A stretch of DNA of 64,000 bases. It comes from Octopus bimaculoides (lineage: Eukaryota). Positions 26,585 through 36,156 of this stretch are shown piece after piece. The stretch is taken from assembly GCF_001194135.2 (NCBI RefSeq), contig NC_068982.1, positions 49,046,218 to 49,110,217 of the forward strand. The letters are read 5' to 3'. The notes under the pieces were generated by a model. That model made no database searches. It was not told where the DNA came from and was given only the letters and a program-made list of their open reading frames with translations. The translations under genes were made by a program, and so were the position numbers. Every line of letters begins with the position of its first letter. Positions within the stretch are counted from its first letter, which is position 1.

Positions 26585-27033
26585 GCGATGATAGTGGTGG
26601 TGGTAGTGGTTTCTTTTAATTATGATTGTCATTATTATTATTGTTGTTACTGGTTCTAATATTGGCACAAATAAAGTTAAAAGTGCAAATTTTCAGATAA
26701 TCGAATATTAATTGAAGAAAAAAGAGAAAAGTTTAAATTATATTTAATCTAATATTGCTGCAAAGAACAAAAAGAGAGGAAAAATGAAAGACTGTGAGTA
26801 AAATAGATTAATATTATATCTAATTTGATGTAAGCAGAACATCTGACGACTTAAGTTGTTAATTACATCATTTAAGTCGTGAACATTTCATTTACAGAAA
26901 TGACAAGATAAACAACAAACTAATAAATAAAAGATAATTAAAATAAAGAAGATAATGAAGAAATCATGATAAATGATGAAAGGGAGAAGGAAGAGGACAG
27001 CACTGAATATGATGAAGGGCAGGAGAGAGACCA

Positions 27034-27067
<34 letters not shown>

Positions 27068-30000
27068 GACGATGACAGCAATGATGATAATGATGATGAA
27101 AATGATGATGGCAATGACAATAATGGTGATGATGATAATGATGACGATGACGATGATGACGATGATGATGATGACGATGATGATGATGACGATGATGATG
27201 AGGACGATGATGATGATGACGATGTTGATGACAACAATAGTAGTGTTGGTGATGATGATAATGATGATAATAATGACAACGACGACGATGATGATGATGA
27301 TGATGATGATGATGGTGATGGTGATGGTGACAAATGATACTGTTGATGGTGATGATGCATTACTGCCTCTGCCACCATTGCCAATGATACCACTACCCCA
27401 CCCACCAAAGGATGTTTTCCAAGTGAGATTACAATGATCCAGTGGAAATTGGATATCAGCCTTCCTCATTATAGTGCTCAATTGCTCTCTTTCTTATAAC
27501 CTCTTTGCAAACAGATGAGAATCATGATGCTATAAATCTAAGATTCTGAGAGGTGAACCTTGATTTTCTGTTTACACATGTGACATTTGCACGACAAATT
27601 CTTCCTTCTTCTTCATGTGCAAAATCCCAAACATAAGTAATTATGGAACCTCTATGCCAGTGATTCTCAACCAGGGTCCATATAGCCCCTGGTGATCCAT
27701 GTAAAATATTTGGGGTTTCACACAAGCAAAATAGTAAATTGGGGACCCACAGTGGGATTTTAAGGGTCCATGAAAAAATTTTTTAAATAGTAACTTGGGG
27801 ATCCACAGAAAGTATTTTAAATTATCAGCTGGGGTCTATGTGGTCCCTGGAGGTCCATGTGACTTTTGGGGTCCACACAAACAAAATAGTAAATTGGGGA
27901 CTCACAGTAGTATTTTAAATTACCATCTGGGGTCCATACGGCCCCTGGAGATCCATGTGACTTTTGGGGTCTGTACAAACAAAATGGTAAATTAGGGATT
28001 GTCATATTCTCAGGGTCCATGAAAAAGATGTTACTTTGGATGTATTTACAGTGGGAAACAACTAGGATTCTTTCTCTAATATTTTACATAGTTAATGTAT
28101 GAAAAACAAAATAGGAATTGTTAAAGAAGCTTCTATAAAACTAGTTTTTGAACATCAAATAGCTTTGGGGGTCCATCAGAATAAAATAGTAATCAAAGGG
28201 GTCCATAGATAAAAAATGCTTGAGAACCACTGCTCTCTGCCTTCCTGTCTTCCACACACTGTATAAAATTATTGGGTCTGTCTTTCTGTTAGCAGCTTCT
28301 AAACTGTAATGTCTCAAGCTACTGCTATCTAGCACCTTCGGATGATCTCTACTCAACTGCTACTGAACAGCTACTCAACTCCACCTTCGCTTGGGGGCGC
28401 CAACACAACATAAACCCAGCAAGTATGTTATCTCTTTGTCATACCCAGTTCCTTCTTTCTTTCTCTGTTCCAGTTACAACCAAATGTTCTAGGTTTCTGT
28501 CATCTCATCTGATGTCCAATAAACTTAGTTTGTTGCCTATTTATGTTGATGAGAATTTTGCTGATGTTCTCCATTTCTAATAAACTCCATGAGCCTTCAG
28601 ATTTAGTAAAAGATAAGTACCAACAAATAACTAACAAACACATTGTACATTACTAGTGGGACTCGTGGAAACTCCACAGAACGAAAATGATTAAGAGAAG
28701 CTACTTAAGAAAGAAGGGAGGATTTTTGTTTTTATTTTATTTCACTTCCAGTCATAATAACATATTATATGATTTTAAAATTTTCCTCTGCTAATTTCTT
28801 TTTCCTACTGCTTCAACAAACTTTTTAACCATGTCATTCCTCTCTTCGTGTCTTTAACATTTCTCTCTTTCTCTTCAGCTTTCCCTCCCCATCCTACAGC
28901 ACATCATTAACATTTCTCTCTCCCACTTTTTGCTTACCATTTTTCTCACCCTCTCTCTCCTTACTTCTCCCTTCAACTAACCATATGATGCATTTGACTG
29001 TAGTTTATTATTATTCTCCCACTCTTCTTTCTTTTCTACTCACATTTCTCCCCCACTCTCTCTCGCCCACTTCTCTAACTAACTAAAATATAACAGGCGA
29101 ATGAACAAGCAGATTACTATATAAATCTTTATCACTGCAAACACTTAGTAACTCACCTACAAGTATGTCATCTTCGTCATCATTGTTACCATTTTAGCAT
29201 CCATCTTTCCTTGCTTGCAATGAGTTGGATGGAACTGAGGCAGATTTTCTATAACCAGATGGCCTTCCTGCTGCCAACCCTCATCTGTTTCCATATAAAG
29301 TAATATTTCCCCATGGCTTTAAGGTGGTGAGCTGGCAGAATCATTAAGCATGCCAGGCAAAATGCTGCTAAGCATTTTGTTTGTCTTTATGCTCTGACTT
29401 CAAATTCCACCAAGGTTGAGTTTACTTTCCATCCTTTATGGGACAATAAAATAAGTACCAGTTGAGCACTGGGGTCAATGTAATTGGCTTACCCCTCACA
29501 AAAATTGCTGGCTTTTTGCCAGAATTTGAAACCGATATTTTCCCATGGTTAGATACATTTTTGCAGAAGATTAGAAATGAATGACATTCATTTACAGTGA
29601 TCAAGACAAAGTGATTCATCCACACAATCACACATCCACGCAATCACACATAAACACACACACACACATACACACACACACACACACACACATGTAGAGA
29701 GGTATGAAAGGCTTCTTTCAGTTTCTGTCTACCAAATCCACTCACAAAGCCAGAGTTGACCCAGAGCTATAATAGAAGATATTTTCCCAATGTAAGGTGC
29801 CACACAGTGGGACTGAACCCCAAGACCTTGTCATTGGAAAGCAAACTTCTTAACCACATGACCACATCTGCACCTATTTACATGTTTAAACATTAGTTTC
29901 AAGTTTTGGCACTGGGCCAGCAATTTTAGGGAAGAGTAAGTTGGTTACATCAATCTCAGTATTTAACTTACATTACTGACCCACTCTCCTTAGGGATGAA

Positions 30001-31443
30001 AGGCAAATTTGACCTCGGCAGAATTTAAACTCAGAACATGAAGCATTTTGTCCAGATTGCTAAGAATTCTGCTAGCTTGTCACCTGATATGCTCAGATAT
30101 TGATTTCAAATTTTAGCACAGAGCCAGCAATTTTAAGTATTTGACTGTACCTATTTTATCAAAACCTTGATGGAATTTGAAGTCAGAGTGTGAAGACTGA
30201 CAAGATGTCATGAAGCATTTTGCTTGGTGTGTTAACAATCCTGCCAGCTTTCCATCTGGCATGTTTAGATAATAATACATTATTTACATGGTTGCTCATG
30301 AATTCTTTGTACTGATTAAGAGAGCTCAAAGACTACTGTGATTCAGGAACTACAAGAATATGAATAAATTAACTTGCTGGATCAGCACTCTTACACCAAA
30401 CTAAGCTCCCTTAACAAACTTAGCAATACAATTTCCAAAAATGTTAGGTGATGTTGCATTTCTTATCAACAGAACATACAGATCTAGAGACCTATCATTA
30501 GCGTGAATTTAAACACTGTGCTTTTAAAATCAGAACAGTTGTAATTTAATTCTGTGTCTACTTGAAGAGTAGGTTAATGAGTTGCAGATTTATCTAGTGT
30601 TTCTGCACAAGGAATTAAATAAAAATTGGTAAGAAACTTACACCAATTAAATTAATTAAATTCTTCTTATAAGGAAAGGCTTAATCTTCTTACTTCTTTA
30701 TCATTATCATCATCATCATCATTATCATTGTCGTCATCATCATTGAAATTCTCACCAATGTCATCATCATTGTTATCATCATCATCATCATCAACATTAT
30801 TATTACCCCTATCAGTGTTGTCACCTTGTCGTCATCTTCATCTTCATAATCAAGCTCACCCCCACCATTTTCATCATCATTATCTCATCAGTCCTTCCAC
30901 TTTCCCTAACACCTCTCAGTTATCATAGCAAGCATTACCACCATCTTCATCCTTATCTGCATCACCATTGTTTCATCATCATCATCATCTTCATCACCAC
31001 CATCATTGATGTCTGATCTAATTTTGCACCCTCCTTCTCTATACTGGTGCAATGAAGTAGATGACAACAATACATACTGGAATCGTTGGTCAGTAGCCAG
31101 GCTCTAAGTTCAAAAAGAAGACCAATCTAGACTTTAAAACAAAACAAAAACAAAAAAATAGAAAGGAGAAAACTAATTCTTTATTTTCTCTCCAAAAAAA
31201 TGAGGCAGATACTATCTATGGTTCATCAGAATTTTATTTTATGACCAGACTGAACTGAAATACAGATATAATGTCTTTCCTCTGTTATTATTCATTGCCC
31301 TCAGTCTAATAAAAAGCACAAATAATTGAAGGTTATAAAAAGATTTTCAACTGTTTAGTATCAGAGCTTGTTTTCATTTTATGTAAGGGTATTTGGCAGA
31401 ATTACCTTTTGTTTAGCATTTACCAATAAAGATTCTGCAAGTG
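3995..31443 (-). CDS. CENPP: Spliced gene model (C-terminal 177 aa, 6 exons), CENP-P-like kinetochore protein; 5' exons not resolved
   Basis: Six GT-AG-bounded exons join with compatible phases (1/0/1/0/2/0) into one stop-free frame: [177 protein letters not shown]. The family call rests on a by-eye alignment to human CENP-P recalled from memory, not a database search. Confidence 0.6.
4594..4621 (-). CDS. CENPP: Candidate 28-nt microexon (phase 2 to 0): (R)RDDTKILIE
   Basis: Donor GAG|gtaatt; atypical AAG acceptor with an AT-rich tract. It bridges the phase-2 end of 18804-19003 to the phase-0 terminal exon, and RRDDTKI matches recalled CENP-P IDEDGKV. Confidence 0.55.
5871..6170 (+). mobile_element. 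HERO-like RLE LINE extreme 3' fragment
   Basis: 5871-5954 reads [27 protein letters not shown], matching my recollection of the HERO C-terminal motif (EAAEKASxWLWxKR); a UTR-like tract follows. Confidence 0.55.
6214..6618 (+). mobile_element. tRNA-derived SINE family A (full-length copy)
   Basis: Head ggctgtgtggtaag...gggttcagtc, core ...ttgggcaagtgtcttctactatagc, internal (TG)n, tail ...catggccacagtc...aaacaagtaaaag. Other copies near 1-85(-), 25163-25312(+), 29640-29875(-), 40672-40950(-), 48763-49005(-), 50585-50790(-), 52740-53070(+), 56112-56370(+), 58830-58960(+), 59168-59400(-). Confidence 0.85.
7740..8080 (+). mobile_element. tRNA-derived SINE family C
   Basis: A/B-box head tggctcagtggttagagc...gagtttgattcc, ttgagcaagacactttattt core, tail ...catggtcattc. 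Related copies at 31728-31945(+), 40975-41260(+), 17340-17570(-), 55360-55620(-), 58730-58830(+). Confidence 0.85.
8201..9471 (-). mobile_element. Full-length but inactivated mariner (DD34D-type) transposon, about 1.27 kb
   Basis: TA-flanked ~27-bp TIRs (tatcaggtcatcccataactaatatcc; right end reads tatcaagtcatcccataagtaatgtcc on the minus strand). Transposase remnant 9287 to 8277: [76 protein letters not shown]. Several in-frame stops. Confidence 0.93.
11105..11330. mobile_element. pogo/Tigger-like MITE
   Basis: Imperfect TIRs tagtaatccctcaactatca / tgatacggcaagggattacca resemble the cagtaatccct ends of pogo-like elements. Confidence 0.6.
12411..12450 (+). ncRNA. Degenerate minimal type-I hammerhead ribozyme (Penelope-like pseudo-LTR type)
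   Basis: ggc | c(a)tgacga | aggg-aaatag-ccct | gaa | actcgagt | c | gcc: stem I ggc/gcc, stem II 4 bp, palindromic stem III, GUC cleavage triplet; one extra or substituted base at core C3. Confidence 0.6.
13981..14800 (-). mobile_element. 5'-truncated RTE-clade LINE (RT C-terminal region, 3' UTR with ~100-bp internal duplication, (GAT)n tail)
   Basis: Translation [12 protein letters not shown]...AMLHGSETW...[11 protein letters not shown]...[13 protein letters not shown]; duplicated UTR block at ~14025 and ~14125; (CAT)n-like array 13845-13980 abuts the 3' end. Confidence 0.9.
14801..15120 (-). mobile_element. Tc1-family DDE transposase fragment
   Basis: Minus-strand translation gives [18 protein letters not shown]...[22 protein letters not shown], the Tc1 QDNxPxH and WPxxSPDLN motifs. 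Confidence 0.85.
18804..19003 (-). CDS. CENPP: Coding exon (200 nt, phase 0 to 2): [16 protein letters not shown]...SILVYLMGV(R)
   Basis: Acceptor aatttccccttcag, donor CAG|gtaaga; 66 stop-free codons in non-repeat sequence. Confidence 0.85.
19021..19243. mobile_element. piggyBac-like MITE
   Basis: TIRs ccctttagcatt / aatgctaaaggg; flanked by TTAA (19017-19020) and TCAA (19244-19247). Confidence 0.8.
21337..21419 (-). CDS. CENPP: Coding exon (83 nt, phase 1 to 0): (I)[27 protein letters not shown]
   Basis: Acceptor gtacttctccag, donor AAG|gtatgt; open frame. Confidence 0.8.
23470..23685 (-). mobile_element. SINE family B copy (representative of about 20 copies)
   Basis: Same body. Other copies near 345-510(-), 4280-4490(+), 10910-11100(-), 15441-15650(+), 23100-23290(-), 29320-29535(+), 29890-30250(-), 34465-34675(+), 37010-37260(-), 37480-37665(-), 37690-38070(+), 45950-46180(+), 46505-46875(+), 47100-47250(-), 49465-49650(-). 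Confidence 0.85.
23987..24320 (+). mobile_element. 3' end of an R4/Dong-like RLE non-LTR retrotransposon with (TAA)n tail
   Basis: Intact frame 23988-24149 [16 protein letters not shown]...[20 protein letters not shown], a short UTR, then (AAT)n; (TAA)n also lies upstream of the adjoining N-gap. Confidence 0.85.
24756..25164 (+). repeat. Two degenerate direct repeats, 283 bp apart, with tRNA-like internal boxes
   Basis: atagagaaattcaaag at 24762 and 25045; both units end aatatttaca..gc; the first has tggtataatggtagaat and gggtccaagtccc. Confidence 0.55.
25540..26260 (+). mobile_element. Probable retroelement-derived ORF remnant (clade not determined)
   Basis: ORF 25830-26249 (W..LN..K.AYW..IRN..L...Y..W...P....KF.P) resembles repeat-encoded ORFs I recall from marine invertebrates; upstream frame has stops; no splice chain found. 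Confidence 0.45.
26990..27360. repeat. Long imperfect (GAT/GAC)n trinucleotide array
   Basis: Direct inspection; explains the poly-D/M/S/I ORFs at 26888-27481. Similar arrays at 6925-7000, 18235-18325, 30700-31010, 43830-44010. Confidence 0.95.
27658..28232. mobile_element. hAT-family MITE (575 bp) with internal ~93-bp tandem units
   Basis: TIRs cagtgattctcaa / ttgagaaccactg; 8-bp TSD ctctatgc / ctctctgc (7/8); repeated ggggtcca subterminal motifs. Confidence 0.85.
28305..28655 (+). mobile_element. Possible solo LTR (~350 bp)
   Basis: Starts tgtaatg and ends cattact; two AATAAA sites; internal GT-AG intron-like segment 28423-28473; followed by PBS-like agtggg. No internal retroelement ORF and no TSD confirmed. 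Confidence 0.35.
31078..31126 (-). CDS. CENPP: Coding exon (49 nt, phase 0 to 1): [16 protein letters not shown]
   Basis: Acceptor tttgttttgttttaaagtctag, donor CCA|gtatgt; open frame; phase fits both neighbours. Confidence 0.75.
31406..31443 (-). CDS. CENPP: Coding exon (38 nt, phase 1 to 0): [13 protein letters not shown]
   Basis: Acceptor gcaaattttatag, donor AAG|gtaatt; open frame; phase fits the next exon. Confidence 0.7.
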
Positions 31444-32548
31444 CTATAAAATTTGCTTATTTGTTCTGTCATTATTAGATATAAGTATATACTAAACATT
31501 ATAAAATGTCCCAGAGCTAAAATGTTGAAACAGTATTTTGTACTGTAGAGTCAGTATTGATTTCTTTTGTAAACAATATATGGTAGCTAACAGAACAACT
31601 CCTTGGTTTTTTATGATAAAGTTTACAAATTATTACTTGTCTTCTTAATTAAACACAGAAGTATATATTAAAGGAATATTGTAAGTAACTGATGTGAAAT
31701 TCAGAAAGGGTAAATTCAGGTGAAGATACATAGCTCAGTTGTTAGAGTGTCAAGCTTACAATCATGAGGTAGTGAGTTTGATTCCTGGGCCAGGCTGTGT
31801 ATTGTGTTTTTGAACAAGACACTTTATTTCAAGTTGCTTCATTTCACTCAGCTGTAGAAATGAGTTGCATCATCACTGGTGCCAAGCTGTATCAGCCTCT
31901 TCCTTTCTCTTGGACAACATCAGTGACATGGAGAAGAGAGTAGTATTGAGTGCGTTCTGTGTTAACATATATTTCTGCGATAGGTTATTTTTAGATAACC
32001 ACAACCAACCATTTATTTGTATAACACCATTTTACATCAGACATCTATACCACTCATCATAACAATATATATCAGAGAATATAGGAATGTGTAGCTGAAT
32101 TCAATTAATAGGTTTAAAATATTCTTGATTTCTTTTTTAATCTAAGAGTATTTTGTCCTTGTTACATTACTCTGTGAATAATAGCTAATTGATTTTAAGT
32201 AAATATAAAGTACAATTTTTGATAAAGAATTCTTTATTAGATTAGCAAGGCAGATTGAATCTTCATTTTAATTATAGCTTCTATATCAGAACAAAATTTG
32301 TTTCAAAATATATTTACTATCTTATGCATTCCATATAATTCTGTCATGCATTAACTAAGAACAATTAAAGATACTTAGATGCTAACCAATGCTTTTATTT
32401 TTTTAATTATTGGAAAGAGAATAAAAGGAAAAAGAAGTTTGCAATGTTTACTTCTTTTCTAGAATGTTCATCATTTGGAGAGGAGATGTACTGAAAGCTG
32501 AGTTCAAAGGAGATGCATCTGGAGAGGAATGGTCCTCCTGCTTGGAAT

Positions 32549-33295
32549 GATAATGTAGTCCTAAATATACTATGGATAAAAAATGAAATAGGAATGTCAC
32601 AGGTGAAACACTTTTGATCATAGGTCTGCCAGATCAATGGTGATCTAAATGGAATGGTTTTGAATTTGAAAGAAATTATGAACTGATCTCTAACCTATCT
32701 TTTTAAAACAACCAACAGTAAAGTTGTCAACACATGAATAATAAACCACCAAAGGACCACCTCCCTCTCCTGCTTATTCAATCAACCTGTCAAAAAACAG
32801 CCTAAACTATTGCATTACACTTTAACCCTTTAACATTTGAACCAGTTGAGAGGTTGTTCCCACTTAAATGTGGATGTTCTGTTAGAACAAACTATACTGT
32901 TCACTAACTGGGGATAAATATTACCTTTCAGAAAGGTAATCTGTTGCTAATATGTATTAAACCAGCCATACTTGGCTCAAATACTCTGATTATTATGTGT
33001 TCAAACTGGCCAGATCCTGCTTCTCACACCTAAATTACAATGTCAAGCTAAAAATAAACAATTATATCATCAACATCTTGAAGTTATGAGATAATGCATG
33101 ATTATAATTGAAAGCAATGTGAATAAAGAAGCATTACATTTGACAGCATAATCTGAATGCTAAAGGGTTAAAAATCTTTGAAAAATGAAAATGATAATGT
33201 AGTCTTTGATATACTATGAAAAATACTAAATAGGAATGTCACAGATGACCCCTTTGATCATAAGTCTACCAGATCAAGGGTAACCTTAAAAAACT
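32549..33295 (+). repeat. Two direct copies (32549-32650, 33193-33295) of a fourth dispersed repeat (family D tail)
   Basis: Shared gataatgtagtc...ggaatgtcacag...tttgatcata.gtct.ccagatcaa.gg; related pieces near 525-640, 3120-3300(-), 36740-36960(-), 48560-48750. Confidence 0.65.
32826..33167. mobile_element. piggyBac-like MITE, same family as 19021-19243, with a ~115-bp internal insertion
   Basis: TTAA on both sides; TIRs ccctttaacatt / aatgctaaaggg; body similar to the 19021 copy; the insert contains the hairpin attaccttt-cag-aaaggtaat at 32920-32940. Confidence 0.75.
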
Positions 33296-35623
33296 AAGTC
33301 CCTCCACACACACTCTAATGCAAGAATAAAGGGAATTATTAGAGATAACCCTTGTATATCTATAATTCTTTAAATCATATGTCTATAATTTATTTGTTGT
33401 TTATTTATTGTAAGGGTGATAACATAGAAGTTGCCATAACTATACCTTTTTAGATGGTACTATAGTTGAGCAATTGAAGTAGTTACTACTTGAATTCAAA
33501 CATTGATATACCAGAAGCTGTAGCTTCACCAAATTTTATAGTGGAATGCAAATATGATGAGAAGTGAAACCCTCAACAAATGTTTTATCTTTTTTCTTTC
33601 TCTTGTTTCTTTTTTACAAATTAAATAGATTTATGAATAATGTGTTATAATGCTTAATGATGTATTTTTGGAATAGATTGAAAACAAAAGGTCAAAAAAA
33701 TCAATTACAAATTGAAACGAATATTTGCATATTTATTTCTAACACGTCTGGGTAGGCTCAGACACAAAATATGCTAGGTGCTGTATCATATGTCTTCAGA
33801 GAATAATTTCTCCCTTTTACACACTTTCGACACACTTGTCTCATTGATGCTTGGCATTCTGAGACACTAGTATTTCATCATGTTGTGTCTCATCACCAAA
33901 AGGTAGTTAGAGCTATTAATTGGAAATTATTAATTTACCATTATGAAGATTTTCCCTTAACTTTTCCATGCTGGCATGGGTTTCTGAGGCAGTTTTTTCC
34001 AACTAGATGTCCTTTCTGTGGCCAACCATATATCTTGTTTATCAAGGGATATGGTATAGCTGTTCTAAAACTGGGATAGATAATGCATAAATTAAAACTT
34101 GTTGATTTACAAATAGTATTGATGTTTAGCATTAAAAGAAGGGGCAAACATTTTGCAGTGTGTAAAGTTGTTTACTTTATTGGTACTTCATGTTATCAAT
34201 CGCAGAAGAATAAAAGGAAAAGTTAACCTTGATGGGATTTGAACCCACAAGTAAATACCGTAAGGCATTTTGTCAGCTGCTCTAATGAAAATATGGTTAC
34301 AGTGAAAATATGGTTACAAAATGTTTCCTTTCTGCATATATAGAACAATTGAAAGAATGCAGGCTTCTATCACAGTTGTATCTATCAGAGAGTATTTTTC
34401 TTTTCAGATTTTTTTTTTTATCAATTTCTCTATTGTTTTGGAAATACCAACTTTTTAGTTATTTGTAAGCTGGCAGAATCATTAGCACACTGAGCAAAAT
34501 GCTTAGCAGCATTTTGCCTGTCTTCATGTTCTGAGTTCAGATTTTGTTGAGGTCAACTTTGCCCTTCATCCTTTTAGGACCGATAAAAACAGTACCAGTT
34601 GAACTTTGGGGTTGATGTAATTGACTTACACCCTCCTGTTAAAATTGTTGGCCTTGTACCAAAATTTGAAATTAATAATTATTACACATAATATTTCCAT
34701 ATTCTAAACTTTGTTAGATAATAATTTGTGTGTTGCCAGTTGAGATAACAGATGATACAAAATAAAAATATAATAAAGATAAATGAATAAATAAACATAG
34801 ATATTCATTTTTAAAACCAGAATTATTCTAGCAGATGCCAATAGCCTTGCATTTTTATGAAATGCAGATTACACTTTCTTAATTGTAAACAAATAGCTGC
34901 AAGGCATGAGTAAATTTGATTTCCACAATAAAAAAAAGAACATTTTCTATGCCTACTTGAACTTTAAGGTCATATGTGATTATTGAATTTTCTAAGAGAT
35001 TCTGTTGAAATAAAAAACAAAAACAAAACATACTCCTTATTTGTTATGGTTTCAATATTTGCCATTCTATTCCTTCATTTCAAATTTTCTTTCAATTATC
35101 GTTATCAGTTTTTAAGACAATTCTTTATTAGTATTCAACAGACTGAAAAATTTAACATGCTTACATGTGAATAAACATAAAAATAATTCCACGTCTCATG
35201 ATACATTTAATTTCTATTTTTCCTTTCCTTTTTATCATATTTCTAACATGTTACTTCCATTTTACCATCCTAGCATTAATAACACACCGTGTTTGCAAGC
35301 TTTGGACATGTAAATATTGTTGAAGACAGTGTCATTAAAACTGAATGGCTTTCATGCCACAACCCATTCAATCTTGAAGTAGCAGTGGAACTGTTGTCAG
35401 CAAGCCAAGTTGAGTTAAGCAGAATTGATGGTTAAACTTATCTCAATGGTAGCTCATTACTTGCAACTTTAAGTAGTCTATATTATATACATTCATGTAA
35501 AAACACTAAAAATAAAGTAAAATACATTACAATATATTAACAAAACTGAATAATTCAGAAGAAAATAAATCTTATGCTTTAATGAATTACTAAAATAAAA
35601 GCAACAGCCATAACTCTTTGTAA

Positions 35624-36156
35624 GTTTTGGGCCTTATGGGGCGAAGTGGCTGAGTTCCTTTTGAGCATTGGGCCTCATGGAAGCAAAGTGGCTGAGTTCC
35701 TTTTGAGCATTGGNNNNNNNNNNCTGAGTTCCTTTTGAGCATTGGGCCTCATGGAAGCAAAGTGGCTGAGTTCCTTTTGAGCATTGGGCCTCATGGAAGC
35801 AAAGTGGCTGAGTTCCCTTTGAGCATTGGGCCTCATGGAAGCAAAGTGGCTGAGTTCCTTTCAAGTGTTGGACCTCACAGAGGCAATGGCCTTATGAAGA
35901 ATACCCATCAAGCCAAGCAAAATTGCAGTCGTGGCAGATACCAGTATTGTGCAAATGGCACCCATACCAGTGGCATGTAAAAGCACTCATTACACTCTCA
36001 GAGTGGTTGGCATTGGGAAGGGCATCCAGCCATAGAAAAACATACCAAGTTAGACTGGAGCCTGGAGCAGCCTTCCAGCATGCCAGCCCAGTCACGCCGT
36101 CCAACTCATGCCAGCATGGACAATGGACATCAAATGATGATGATGATGATGATGAT
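35624..36156 (+). mobile_element. LINE 3' UTR fragment carrying a 42-bp tandem array and (GAT)n tail
   Basis: Unit gggcctcatggaagcaaagtggctgagttccttttgagcatt, at least 5 copies across a 10-N gap, then the ggttggc...gggcatccagc...catgccagcatgga...aaatgatgatgat tail. The same tail recurs near 3725, 4985, 12195, 47275 (+) and 18235, 29160, 36170, 53555 (-). Confidence 0.8.

Noticed and set aside
26888-27481. Poly-D, poly-M, poly-S and poly-I ORFs, which could be mistaken for acidic or biomineral proteins
   Set aside because: All frames of a (GAT)n array are stop-poor; same for 6878-7093, 17984-18423 and 43727-44067.
35634-35980. Periodic array that superficially resembles CRISPR
   Set aside because: Contiguous 42-bp units with no unique spacers, inside a LINE UTR in eukaryotic DNA; no cas genes.
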